Positions 46,316 to 56,130 are shown, numbered from the stretch's first letter. The stretch is DNA of 64,000 nt from Fibrobacter sp. (GCF_045601785.1 NZ_JAZSAF010000048.1:729-64728); one strand, 5' to 3'. Notes: generated by a model not told the origin, from the letters alone. Numbers and translations: made by a program.

Positions 46316-47698
46316 CTATTTTTGCGTGGCGGTTTCAGAGAGCTTCTTGATTTCCTTGTCAAAGTCCGAAAGGTAATCTCTGTCTTGCACCAGCTTGAAC
46401 TTGTCGTATTCGGCAAAAGCCTTCTGCTTCGCGTCTTCTGCCGAGACCGTTCCCGCGTTTTGCAGAATGTCGAAATTGTACACGGATAGGAACTTTTCTA
46501 GTTGCTGCTGCCAATCAGCCATGTTCATCACGATATGGTTTTCTGCCTGGGTTTCTGCAAAATCCAGGAATGCCGTTGAAAGACGATTGAGCTTCAAGAT
46601 TTCTTTTTCTGAAAGGTAGTTCTTGGCGACAATTGTGTCGGATCTTTGTACACGGCCGTCGGGAGCCTTTTTCCATGTGGTCAGCCCCATATGCGGTTGC
46701 TCGGCATCTGCCCGTGAATAAATGATTTCGGCTGCGGTCTGGTGCGTGACTGCCCAGTGCATCATGTTCTGCACGATTTTGAAGAATAGCAGTGTCGCTT
46801 CCGATTTTGGGTCGTAGTCGGCGCTGCATTCCGCATAGATATCCGTAATCTTCTGGTAATACCTGCGTTCTGAGGCACGGATTTCGCGGATACGTTCCAG
46901 CAAGTCGTCGAAGTAGTCCTTGCCGAAATGCGTCCCCTGCTTGAGCCGCTCGTCGTCAAGGACAAAACCCTTGACAATCATCTCCTTGAGCACCGTTGTC
47001 GCCCAGATGCGGAACTGCGTGGCCTGATAACTGTTCACGCGGTAGCCCACGGCGATAATGGCGTCGAGGTTGTAAACGTTGGTATCGTACACCTTTCCAT
47101 CGGCGGCAGTTATCCCAATTTTTCGGAGAACTGATTTCTCGGCAAGTTCCCCGCTTTGGAATATTTCGCCTAAATGGTAACTGATCGTCCGCACGTCCAC
47201 CCCGTACAACTCGGCCATCCGCTTTTGCGGCATCCAGAATGTGTCGCTGTTGAAAATTACCTCGATGCGGGATTCTCCCTGGCTTGTCTTATACAACAAA
47301 ATGCTCGAAATTTCGCTATTTTGTACGGTTTCGACGGCAGAATCGTTTTGCGAGAAATATCTTAGCGCCATCTGCACCTGGGGCTTTTTTCGGTCTGCGT
47401 TTTCGGCAACCAGTAGGCAAGCCTCGCGCGAAAGATGGCAGTTTTCGACCTTGCGGAAGGAGCCCGATCCGAGCCGGACCATTTCAACCGTCTGGTTAAA
47501 ATGGTTTGCCTCACCTAGACCTTTGGCGCTTGCGGTCTCTTGTGCTTTTTTGAGGATCCTTTCGAATTTCTGGTACGTGCTGTATCCCATAGCCGTACAG
47601 AGGTCCCTGGCGCTCCAGAACGCGCTGCCATTGTCGGCGACCTGCTTGATCCGTTCGAAATCGGATACCAATGGCTGTATTTCGTCATTCACTTTCAT
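46316..47698 (-). CDS. DinD/BRO-like N-terminal domain fused to RhuM
   Basis: FWSARDL...MGY..Y.KF...HF....MV.LGSG..R..E...LSR.AC.L...N.D.KK (DinD-like), followed by a full RhuM domain. Confidence 0.82.
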   Translation of the reverse strand: MKVNDEIQPLVSDFERIKQVADNGSAFWSARDLCTAMGYSTYQKFERILKKAQETASAKGLGEANHFNQTVEMVRLGSGSFRKVENCHLSREACLLVAENADRKKPQVQMALRYFSQNDSAVETVQNSEISSILLYKTSQGESRIEVIFNSDTFWMPQKRMAELYGVDVRTISYHLGEIFQSGELAEKSVLRKIGITAADGKVYDTNVYNLDAIIAVGYRVNSYQATQFRIWATTVLKEMIVKGFVLDDERLKQGTHFGKDYFDDLLERIREIRASERRYYQKITDIYAECSADYDPKSEATLLFFKIVQNMMHWAVTHQTAAEIIYSRADAEQPHMGLTTWKKAPDGRVQRSDTIVAKNYLSEKEILKLNRLSTAFLDFAETQAENHIVMNMADWQQQLEKFLSVYNFDILQNAGTVSAEDAKQKAFAEYDKFKLVQDRDYLSDFDKEIKKLSETATQK

Positions 47699-47989
47699 AC
47701 CTACACAAATGTATACTAATTTTGTGGCTCTGTCAAGTTATTCCGTATTTTTTTACAAGGCTGCGAGGTCATTGCGTTCCGACTGCGTTCTGGCTGCGGT
47801 TTCGGACGGGCTGACGGATTGGCCTAGCAGAGCCATTTTTGCGCGGCTGTCAATGTTTTTTTTGAATTTTTCAAATTTTTTTCCAAAAGGTCCCGTTTCC
47901 CCAGCCATACATCATGTATCCCCCTTGTAACAATTCCGTAATTTTCTAAATTTATACACAATTACGCAATTTGTGGTAACGGATATCAC

Positions 47990-48030
47990 GGATTGCCGTG
48001 CATTGAACGGACGAGACCCTCGCGATGACG
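47990..48030 (-). repeat. CGTC-tagged REP-like element in the ugd2 leader
   Basis: Minus strand reads CGTCATCGCGAGG...GGCAATCC, the GTCATxGCGAG...GCAATC pattern. Confidence 0.5.
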
Positions 48031-48230
48031 TTGACTAGTGACTTTTTGTTTGCCGGACCGCACCCCGCAGTTCCCCGTAAACAGGGGAAGGGGCGTCTTG
48101 AAGCTGCGAAAAACGGGGGTCTTGATGGCGCGATAAACGGCGGGCATCCCGTGACGGCGATAAATTGTGTCGTTTTTTTGGCTTAAGGGCCTCGATTCCT
48201 CAAAATTTTATTATCAACAGGGATTAAATA

Positions 48231-49577
48231 ATGAATATTGCAATCGTCGGAACTGGTTATGTTGGCCTTGTCAGTGGAACTTGCTTTGCCGAGATGGGTG
48301 TCAACGTCACTTGCGTCGATGTGAACCAAGCGAAGATTGAATCGCTCCAGAAGGGCGAAATTCCTATTTACGAACCCGGCCTCGACGAGATGGTTCTCCG
48401 CAACCAGCGCGAAGGCCGCCTGAAGTTTACGACCGACCTAGCAAGCATCCTTGATGATGTCGAAATGGTCTTTAGCGCCGTGGGCACCCCCCCGGACGAA
48501 GACGGTTCCGCCGACTTGCAGTACGTGCTCGCAGTGGCCCGTACGTTCGGCCAGAACATTAAGAAATACACCGTCCTTGTGACGAAATCCACTGTCCCGG
48601 TCGGCACCGCCAAGAAGGTCAAGGCGACAATTCAGGAAGAACTCGACAAGCGCGGTGTCAAGATTCCGTTCGATGTCGCAAGCAATCCAGAATTTCTCAA
48701 GGAAGGCTCCGCCATCACGGACTTCATGAAGCCCGACCGCGTCGTTGTCGGTGTCGAAAGCGAACAGGCTAAGGAACTCATGACTCGCCTCTACCGCCCG
48801 ATGATGCTCAACAACTTCCGCGTGATTTTCACCGACATCCCGAGCGCCGAAATGATCAAGTACGCCGCAAACTCTATGCTCGCCACCCGTATCAGTTTCA
48901 TGAACGACATCGCGAACCTCTGCGAACTCGTCGGTGCCGACGTGAACATGGTCCGCAAGGGCATCGGCAGCGACACCCGTATCGGCTCGAAGTTCCTTTA
49001 CCCGGGCTGCGGCTACGGCGGAAGCTGTTTCCCCAAGGATGTGAAGGCCCTCATCAAGACGGCAGAGAAGAACGGCTACAAGATGGGCGTGCTGAAGGCT
49101 GTCGAAGACGTGAACGAATACCAGAAGACTGTGCTCTTCCACAAACTCGCGAAGCGCTTTGGCGGCGAAGCAAGCCTGAAGGACAAAACCGTTGCCATGT
49201 GGGGACTTGCCTTCAAGCCCGAGACCGACGACATGCGCGAAGCCACTGCCCTCGTGCTCATCGACCTCTTGACTAAGGCAGGCGCCGTCGTGCGCGTGTA
49301 CGACCCGGTCGCCATGAACGAGTGCAAGCGCAGAATGGCCGTGCGCCCCGATGCCGAGGCAATCGCCAAGCAGATCGTTTACTGCAACGACATGTACGAA
49401 GCCCTGCTCGATGCCGACGCCCTTTTGCTCGTGACCGAATGGAAGCAGTTCCGCATGCCGAGTTTCGGCGTGATGAAAAAGTCAATGAAGAACGCTCTCA
49501 TCATCGATGGCCGCAACATTTACGACGCAAAGGAACTTGCCGAAGCTGGATTCGAGTATAGTGCGATTGGGTGCTAA
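48231..49577 (+). CDS. ugd: UDP-glucose 6-dehydrogenase, copy 2 (heads the polysaccharide locus)
   Basis: Same motifs as copy 1; 11 of 448 residues differ by my manual comparison. Confidence 0.95.
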   Translation: MNIAIVGTGYVGLVSGTCFAEMGVNVTCVDVNQAKIESLQKGEIPIYEPGLDEMVLRNQREGRLKFTTDLASILDDVEMVFSAVGTPPDEDGSADLQYVLAVARTFGQNIKKYTVLVTKSTVPVGTAKKVKATIQEELDKRGVKIPFDVASNPEFLKEGSAITDFMKPDRVVVGVESEQAKELMTRLYRPMMLNNFRVIFTDIPSAEMIKYAANSMLATRISFMNDIANLCELVGADVNMVRKGIGSDTRIGSKFLYPGCGYGGSCFPKDVKALIKTAEKNGYKMGVLKAVEDVNEYQKTVLFHKLAKRFGGEASLKDKTVAMWGLAFKPETDDMREATALVLIDLLTKAGAVVRVYDPVAMNECKRRMAVRPDAEAIAKQIVYCNDMYEALLDADALLLVTEWKQFRMPSFGVMKKSMKNALIIDGRNIYDAKELAEAGFEYSAIGC

Positions 49578-49614
49578 AAATACAGATTAAAATTGTCTAA
49601 TTGCGTTTCAAAAC

Positions 49615-51150
49615 ATGAATGATAAAATATCTCTAAATAGCAAACGAGTGGTAAAAAACACTCTGATGCTTTATTTTAGAATGTTTTTTATTATGGGTAT
49701 TGGGCTTTATACGAGCCGAGTAATACTTCAAACATTAGGTGTTGTTGATTTTGGTATCTATAATGCTGTTGGCGGTTTTGTTGCGTTGTTTGCTATCGTG
49801 AGTAAATCTTTGTCTGGAGCGGCTAGCAGATTTCTGAATTATGAAATGGGTAGGGGGAATGCTGAAGCGCTAAAGAAAGTTTTTTCGACAACGGTAACGA
49901 TTCAGCTGATATTATGCTTGATTATTGTTGTGTTGGCTGAAACTGTTGGGTTATGGTTTTTGAATAATAAGTTGGTCATTCCTGTCGAACGTATTGTTGC
50001 TGCTAAATACTGTTTTCAACTATCGCTTATTACGTTCTGTATGCATCTAGTATCTGTTCCATATAATGCGGCTATCATAGCGCATGAAAACATGAAGACG
50101 TTTGCTTTTGTTTCTATAGTAGAAGGTGTTGCGAAATTAGTTATTGCATTCTTGATAGCGGGATCGCCGATAGATAAATTGATTTATTATGCAATTCTTC
50201 TGTGTGCACTACAGGTTGTCATACAGCTGATGTATGTGCTTTTCTGTAAAAGAAATTATCAGGAATGTACATATCACTTTGTACATGACAAGGTCTTGTT
50301 TAAACAACTTTTTAGTTATGCTGGTTGGGGCTTTATCGGCTCAACTTCTGGAGTGCTACGAAATCAAGGTATAAATGTTCTTCTAAATATGTTTTTTGGC
50401 CCGGCAATAAACGCCGCAAGGGCCGTGTCAAATCAGGTGTTGCATGCTGTAGATGGATTTGTGCAAAATTTTATGACGGCAGTAAAGCCGCAAATGACCC
50501 AATTGTATGCAGCAGAAAAATATGATGATATGATAAAGATTATGCTGCTGAGCATGAGGTATTCATACTACTTGTTTCTTTTGATCTCCCTGCCAATTAT
50601 AATGAATGCCGCATCGCTGCTTAATCTATGGTTGAAAAATGTGCCAGATTATAGCGTACTATTTGTCCAATTGACTCTTATTTTTACAATGATTACGACA
50701 ATTTCTCACCCATTGTCTATAGCACAGGCTGCTACGGGAAAAATCAGAGATTATCAAATTGTCATTGGCGGACTACAATTGCTTAACCTGCCAATCAGTT
50801 ATGTGTGCTTAAAAATGGGATTTTCTGCAGAAAGTGTTCTGTTTGTCGCGATTGGTATAGCTTTTGTTGTGGTGTGGGTGAGCTTGTATATGATAAAGAA
50901 ATTGGTCCCGATTAATCCGAAAGAATTCTGTAAAGCGATATTTAAGCTTTTGTTCGTGACGATAATCGTGTTCTCGTTGTCAATTGCTATTGCGTTCGTT
51001 CTTCCTTCAACAACTATTTTCTCAATGATTCAAATTGTCTTGGAATTTGTTATTGCGCTTGTTGTTGTTGCGTTTATAGGTTGCTCTTCAAATGAACGGC
51101 TTTCGGTAAAAAAGATGTTCTTAAAGAAGATTATGGGGGCGAAAAAATGA
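49615..51150 (+). CDS. wzx: Wzx-type polysaccharide flippase (MATE-like)
   Basis: NTLMLYFRMF...LYTSRVIL..LGV.DFGIYN.VGG; many TM segments. Confidence 0.85.
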   Translation: MNDKISLNSKRVVKNTLMLYFRMFFIMGIGLYTSRVILQTLGVVDFGIYNAVGGFVALFAIVSKSLSGAASRFLNYEMGRGNAEALKKVFSTTVTIQLILCLIIVVLAETVGLWFLNNKLVIPVERIVAAKYCFQLSLITFCMHLVSVPYNAAIIAHENMKTFAFVSIVEGVAKLVIAFLIAGSPIDKLIYYAILLCALQVVIQLMYVLFCKRNYQECTYHFVHDKVLFKQLFSYAGWGFIGSTSGVLRNQGINVLLNMFFGPAINAARAVSNQVLHAVDGFVQNFMTAVKPQMTQLYAAEKYDDMIKIMLLSMRYSYYLFLLISLPIIMNAASLLNLWLKNVPDYSVLFVQLTLIFTMITTISHPLSIAQAATGKIRDYQIVIGGLQLLNLPISYVCLKMGFSAESVLFVAIGIAFVVVWVSLYMIKKLVPINPKEFCKAIFKLLFVTIIVFSLSIAIAFVLPSTTIFSMIQIVLEFVIALVVVAFIGCSSNERLSVKKMFLKKIMGAKK

Positions 51151-52244
51151 AAAAAATAGCTATTGTCACATGGATAGGCTCCCTTAATTATGGAACATCT
51201 TTGCAGTCTTTCGCTCTGCAATATGCTCTTGAGAATAAAGGTTACCGCACAAATCTTTTGGATTTGGTTTATTCGAAGAAAAATGCAAAGCAAAAGAAAG
51301 GACTGCTGTTTCCTTTACGAATCGTTAAAAGATGGCTTATTGATAAAATGTCCAATGACAAACCGTCAAAAATGAGACGGTTCCATAAAGATTGTCAAAA
51401 AATTGTAAGTCCATCTAATGCAATAGAACTCAATAGAATTGTAAATGAAACGGATGTTTTTATTTCCGGGAGTGATCAAATTTGGAATGTGGTTCACCGT
51501 TTTGACAAGAATATGTTTCTTTCTTTTGCTCAGAATAAAAAGAGGATTTCGTATTCGTCAAGCATCGGAATAAATAGCATTCCAATAGAGTATCAAGATG
51601 AAGTAAAAAACTTGCTCTCTGCCTACAGCCATATTTCTGTCAGAGAACAAAAAGCAGTTGATGTTTTAAGGGAATTGACTAAACGAAATGATATTGTCCA
51701 GGTCGTCGATCCGACTTTCTTGCTGACTAAAGATGAATGGTCGCATTTATGTAAAGATAGTAGGACTCCATCATCAATAAAATATCTCCTATGTTATTTC
51801 ATTGGCGAAAATGATTTTTATAGCAAACAGGTGGACGATATCCGGAAAAAGATGCAATTCGATTCCGTTATCGTGGTGGTTCATCGGTTGCCTCTGAAAG
51901 TTCATATTGATGGTGCTACTATAATAGATAACGCCGGGCCGCTTGATTTTGTAAATCTTATTCAGCATGCCACATGCGTATGTACGGATTCATTCCATGC
52001 TACAGCCATCGCTTTAAACAGTTCTATTGATTTTATTGAGTTTCTTCGCTTTTCAAATGAAGATAAAAATTCACAGAACTCTCGAATATTTGACTTGCTG
52101 AATCATTATGGTTTGCAATCTAGGCTATATTCGTCTGACCATGATGAATGGGCGGGTAAAATTGATTATATAAGTGTTCAGAATGTGCTTGAAGCCGATC
52201 GTGAAAAATCGTGGGATTATCTTATTAACGCAATAGAACGGTAA
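51147..52244 (+). CDS. Polysaccharide pyruvyl transferase family protein 1
   Basis: NYGTSLQ.FAL, GSDQIWN, ISVRE, DPTFLL and TDSFHA motifs. Confidence 0.88.
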   Translation: MKKIAIVTWIGSLNYGTSLQSFALQYALENKGYRTNLLDLVYSKKNAKQKKGLLFPLRIVKRWLIDKMSNDKPSKMRRFHKDCQKIVSPSNAIELNRIVNETDVFISGSDQIWNVVHRFDKNMFLSFAQNKKRISYSSSIGINSIPIEYQDEVKNLLSAYSHISVREQKAVDVLRELTKRNDIVQVVDPTFLLTKDEWSHLCKDSRTPSSIKYLLCYFIGENDFYSKQVDDIRKKMQFDSVIVVVHRLPLKVHIDGATIIDNAGPLDFVNLIQHATCVCTDSFHATAIALNSSIDFIEFLRFSNEDKNSQNSRIFDLLNHYGLQSRLYSSDHDEWAGKIDYISVQNVLEADREKSWDYLINAIER

Positions 52245-52247
52245 AAC

Positions 52248-53447
52248 ATGAATAATATATGCGATTACAATAAATGTACCGGATGCTTTGCGTGCGTTAG
52301 TGCTTGCCCTGCTGGATGTATAAAAATGGTCGAGGATGAGTATTGCGAAACCCATCCCGTTGTTGATGATTCTAAGTGTTTGCATTGTAATCTGTGCAAG
52401 AAAGTGTGCCCGAACAACAATACGCTCGATTTTGCTCGACCCATTAAATGCTATGCTTCATGGCTTACGGATTATGAACGACGAGAAAAATGCGCTTCTG
52501 GTGGAATAGCCTCAATTCTTGCTGAATATGTTATAGACAATGGCGGAATTGTATTTGGTACGGCATATGATGAAAATTTCGTTCCGCGTTTTAGGTTTAT
52601 TGAGAAAAAAGAGGATATAGACCTATTCAAGGGCTCGAAATATGTGCAAAGCATTGTTGGTGAAGATACGTTTGGCAAAGTCAAAGACTTCTTGTCAAAA
52701 GAACGATTGGTTCTTTTTGTTGGAACGCCCTGCCAGGTTGCTGGCCTAAAGCAATTTTTGAAAAAAGATTATTCGAATCTTATTACTGCTGATTTGATAT
52801 GCCATGGCTGTTGCCCGACAAAGTACTTTGAAGACGAAATTGACCATATAAAAAAGAAAAAACATATCGAATCTTTGTCTGAAATTCGATTTAGGGATAA
52901 TCAGGGCCATAATTATTGTTTAACCTTATGGCAAACTGATGATAAGACAAAGGAACTGAAATGCGTCTACAATAAGCCAAGGTATGAACAGCCGTATTTT
53001 GCAGGATTTGTGCTGGGAGTATCAATGAGGGAGAACTGCTATACCTGCAATTATGCTCGGCCAGAAAGAATTGGTGACATTACAATTGGTGATTTTTTAC
53101 GGCTTGGACGGAATGTGCCTTTCGAATATCAGGTAAAGCAGGCTTCAGTTGTTTTGATAAATAACGAAAAGGCGGAGACTTTCTATTCTAAAGTGTCGGC
53201 TTCATTCGATCCGATACTAATGAATGTTGAAAGGGAATACGAGGAAAGGTTGCAATATCGCCCTTCCTTGATGGAACCTTTTGCGAAGCATCCATTGCAT
53301 GAATCGTTCAAACGAAAACTCAAGAAGAAAGGCTTTGTGAAAGCGATTAGATCGGTATTGAGAATGTTTTTGTTAAAATCTTTTGAAAAAAGAAAAAAGA
53401 AAGAAGTAAAACAATTCCTGAAAATTATCTTAGGTAGGCATGTCTAA
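52248..53447 (+). CDS. 4Fe-4S protein with coenzyme F420 hydrogenase beta-subunit (FrhB)-like domains, copy 1
   Basis: CTGCFACVSACP and CLHCNLCKKVCP clusters; SGG, SKYVQS, GTPCQVAGL and DLICHG. Confidence 0.85.
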   Translation: MNNICDYNKCTGCFACVSACPAGCIKMVEDEYCETHPVVDDSKCLHCNLCKKVCPNNNTLDFARPIKCYASWLTDYERREKCASGGIASILAEYVIDNGGIVFGTAYDENFVPRFRFIEKKEDIDLFKGSKYVQSIVGEDTFGKVKDFLSKERLVLFVGTPCQVAGLKQFLKKDYSNLITADLICHGCCPTKYFEDEIDHIKKKKHIESLSEIRFRDNQGHNYCLTLWQTDDKTKELKCVYNKPRYEQPYFAGFVLGVSMRENCYTCNYARPERIGDITIGDFLRLGRNVPFEYQVKQASVVLINNEKAETFYSKVSASFDPILMNVEREYEERLQYRPSLMEPFAKHPLHESFKRKLKKKGFVKAIRSVLRMFLLKSFEKRKKKEVKQFLKIILGRHV

Positions 53448-54420
53448 TAAAATTCTTATTCTTTATCCTCAAACGAATAAACATTTGGGATTATGGAATG
53501 ATCTTCTAAGTGATGATCGTGCGATGTTGATGTGTGCGGGAAAGAAAAAATTAGATGGTTTCCTGTTGTTCCTTTTTAGAATCTATTTCAAATTTCACAG
53601 GCGATTAAAATGCTTGCCTTTGCATCGTTGCTGGTTCGAATATAGTGAGTTGTATAAAAAAGTAAAAATGGTCGATCATTTGGTTGTTGTTGATGGGGCT
53701 CTGAATACGGTTGAATTGTATGAATTGCGTAGATGTCGTCAAATAAATCCTAATTTGAAAGTCTCGCTTTATTTCATAAATTCAATGGATGCTAATTCAC
53801 CAATAATGATAAAAGTTCGTCCCAAGATAAAAAAATTTAATTGGGATAATATATATACTTTTGACAAGCATGATGCTGAAAAGTATGGATATGCTTATGC
53901 TGGATTTATGTATTATTCAAAGCATGAGCTTGCAAACCAACCGAATCCTAAATACGATGTGCATTTTGTTGGTGGTGTGAAGGGCGGCCGCGAAGAATTG
54001 ATTAATGCTACTTATTCCTTTTTAGAAGAAAATGGAATAGACTGTGATTTCAACTTGATGATAGTTGGAGGCCAACCATGTAAAAGGAAAATAGATGGGA
54101 TTTCCTATTTCTCCGGTGGATGGTTGCCGTATGAACACGTGTTGAGTAAGGTTAATGATTCGAGATGTATCCTCGAGATATGCCAGCAGGGACAAAACGG
54201 GGCCACATTGAGATATTTCGAAGCCGTTTGCTATAATAAAAAGCTGTTGACTAACAATCCGAATGTAAAGAACTTCCCGTTCTATAATCCGCAGTTTGTT
54301 AAGGTGTTTGATTCTCCCTCCGAGATAGACGTAAACTGGCTGAAGGAAGATGTTGCTGTGAATTACGGGTATCAAGACGAATTCTCTCCTAGACATCTCG
54401 TAGATTTTATTCTAGGTTAA
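53440..54420 (+). CDS. Putative glycosyltransferase (GT-B-like)
   Basis: IYTFD..DAEKY, TLRYFEA..YNKKL.TNN pattern typical of polysaccharide-locus proteins. Confidence 0.5.
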   Translation: MSNKILILYPQTNKHLGLWNDLLSDDRAMLMCAGKKKLDGFLLFLFRIYFKFHRRLKCLPLHRCWFEYSELYKKVKMVDHLVVVDGALNTVELYELRRCRQINPNLKVSLYFINSMDANSPIMIKVRPKIKKFNWDNIYTFDKHDAEKYGYAYAGFMYYSKHELANQPNPKYDVHFVGGVKGGREELINATYSFLEENGIDCDFNLMIVGGQPCKRKIDGISYFSGGWLPYEHVLSKVNDSRCILEICQQGQNGATLRYFEAVCYNKKLLTNNPNVKNFPFYNPQFVKVFDSPSEIDVNWLKEDVAVNYGYQDEFSPRHLVDFILG

Positions 54421-54427
54421 TGCGTGT

Positions 54428-54859
54428 ATGAAAAAATATAAATTAGGCTACACTCAGGGAACATATGATATGTTCCATATAGGTCACCTGAACCTTCTCC
54501 GCAACGCGAAGGCGCTGTGTGATAAGCTTGTTGTCGGTGTGAATTCGGATGCTCTTGTGCAACAGTACAAGAATAAGACTCCAGTTATAAACGAAACGAA
54601 CCGAGCGGAGATTGTCAAGGAACTTCGCTGTGTGGATGATATCATTGTTTGCGATACATTGAAAAAAACGGCCATATGGGAACAGATTCATTTTGATGCT
54701 ATATTTATAGGCGATGATTGGAAAGGAAATGACCGGTGGGCGCAAACGGAAAGAGATTTGGCACCATTGGGTGCAGAAGTGGTGTATTTGAAGCATACCG
54801 ATGGTGTCAGTTCGACCCTTTTAAGAACGAAAGAGAATGATAAAGTTGAAGAAAATTAG
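54428..54859 (+). CDS. Glycerol-3-phosphate cytidylyltransferase (TagD-like)
   Basis: GTYDMFHIGHLNLL, VVGVNSD, IGDDWKG and T.GVSST. Confidence 0.88.
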   Translation: MKKYKLGYTQGTYDMFHIGHLNLLRNAKALCDKLVVGVNSDALVQQYKNKTPVINETNRAEIVKELRCVDDIIVCDTLKKTAIWEQIHFDAIFIGDDWKGNDRWAQTERDLAPLGAEVVYLKHTDGVSSTLLRTKENDKVEEN

Positions 54860-56099
54860 GACGATGACGACGATGAAAAATCTTCGACAAAAGTATAGTT
54901 TGCCAAAGATTGGAATGAATCTAATTTTTAAAAGTTTGAAAAGATTTCTTTTTGCTTTATTTAAAATACTGGTTCCTTTGACGAAAAGGAATGGTAAACA
55001 AGTTCTGGTTTTCTATAGTACGCCAGATTATTCTGATAACAGCAGAGCATTGTCCGATTATCTTGTTAAAAGTGGTTATTTGGGCTGTTGTGAAATTTAT
55101 TGGTGTGTCTCGAATCCGAAAATCTTTAAAAAGAAGTATCCGGAATCAGACGTGAAATTTGTCTCAAGCGTGAATGACTTTAATGATTTTACATTGAAAA
55201 CATACTGGGTATTTGCAAAAACTGATTATTTTTTTGGTACACATGGGTTCCCTATTGTTGATCAGTTGATGACTCCGAAACAAAAGAAAATATTATTATG
55301 GCATGGTTGTAGTTTTAAGGATGCGTCCCCTAATGCAAAATTGGATTTTTTTGATGCTGCTTTGGTTGCGGGCCCTATTTTTATAAAGACTAAGGCGAAA
55401 TATTGGAAAACTTCAGAGAAAAAGCTGATTGCGAAAGGATATCCGCGCTATGATTGGCTGTTGAAAAAAAGTCCTGAAGTCGAAAGTTTTTTTTCCCGGT
55501 TTAAAGATGGTTTTGACAAGGTTGTTATTTGGATGCCGACTTTTAGAAATGACAAGAATGGAAAATATAATGAATGTGGGAGTATTTTGCAATTCCCTTT
55601 GATAAAATGTGTTGATGATTGGCTAAATGTGGATGAATTATGTGGCGAACATAATATTCTGTTGCTTGTTAAATTGCATGTTTTTCAAAAAGATTATGGC
55701 ATTGATTTTTCTAGATTGAAGAATATTAAACGGATAGATAATGATTTTTTTGTGAGCAATGATGTGCAAATGTATGAGTTTCTTGCTTTGACAGACGCAT
55801 TGCTGACGGATTATTCTTCAGTGGGTGTTGATTACTTGGTTGTGGATAAACCCATCGGCTTTACTTTAGATGATTTTGAAATGTACAGAACAAAGAGAGG
55901 ATTTGTATTTGATGATCCTAGATGCTATATGCCAGGGCATCATTTGTATGAAATGAGAGATCTTAAAGCTTTTTTGTGTGATGTGGCTCATTCAAATGAT
56001 CCATATAAGGAATCTCGGAAAAAGATGAGAAATGTTGCAGTCTTTGAAAGTGATTGTTATTCAAAAGAAATTGCTGATGCAATAGGGTTGCTTCGGTGA
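54837..56099 (+). CDS. CDP-glycerol glycerophosphotransferase (TagF-like); start uncertain
   Basis: LWHG, GYPRYD, WMPTFR, KLH and LLTDYSSV.VDYL...KPIGF. Confidence 0.85.
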   Translation: MIKLKKIRTMTTMKNLRQKYSLPKIGMNLIFKSLKRFLFALFKILVPLTKRNGKQVLVFYSTPDYSDNSRALSDYLVKSGYLGCCEIYWCVSNPKIFKKKYPESDVKFVSSVNDFNDFTLKTYWVFAKTDYFFGTHGFPIVDQLMTPKQKKILLWHGCSFKDASPNAKLDFFDAALVAGPIFIKTKAKYWKTSEKKLIAKGYPRYDWLLKKSPEVESFFSRFKDGFDKVVIWMPTFRNDKNGKYNECGSILQFPLIKCVDDWLNVDELCGEHNILLLVKLHVFQKDYGIDFSRLKNIKRIDNDFFVSNDVQMYEFLALTDALLTDYSSVGVDYLVVDKPIGFTLDDFEMYRTKRGFVFDDPRCYMPGHHLYEMRDLKAFLCDVAHSNDPYKESRKKMRNVAVFESDCYSKEIADAIGLLR

Positions 56100-56130
56100 A
56101 ATAAAATGAATTTGTGAAAGAATAGTTAGT

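Larger units (their letters stand above)
40475..47740 (-). mobile_element. Decayed integrative/defence island (co-oriented modules with integrase fragments)
   Basis: All genes lie on the minus strand, opposite to the flanks; three integrase fragments, internal direct repeats, TA/RloB/RhuM cargo and several deletion pseudogenes. Confidence 0.55.

Noticed and set aside
45787-46416. 209-aa ORF-track version of the Panacea gene
   Set aside because: The extra N-terminus overlaps the DinD-RhuM gene; family homology starts at ATG 46257.
40475-47740. Classical integron, intact prophage or IS
   Set aside because: No intact integrase or transposase, no attC-like repeats identified, no phage structural genes, and no terminal inverted repeats with target duplication.
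47957-48230. ops/JUMPStart element or tRNA at the island boundary
   Set aside because: No GGCGGTAG ops core and no cloverleaf or T-loop motif seen.
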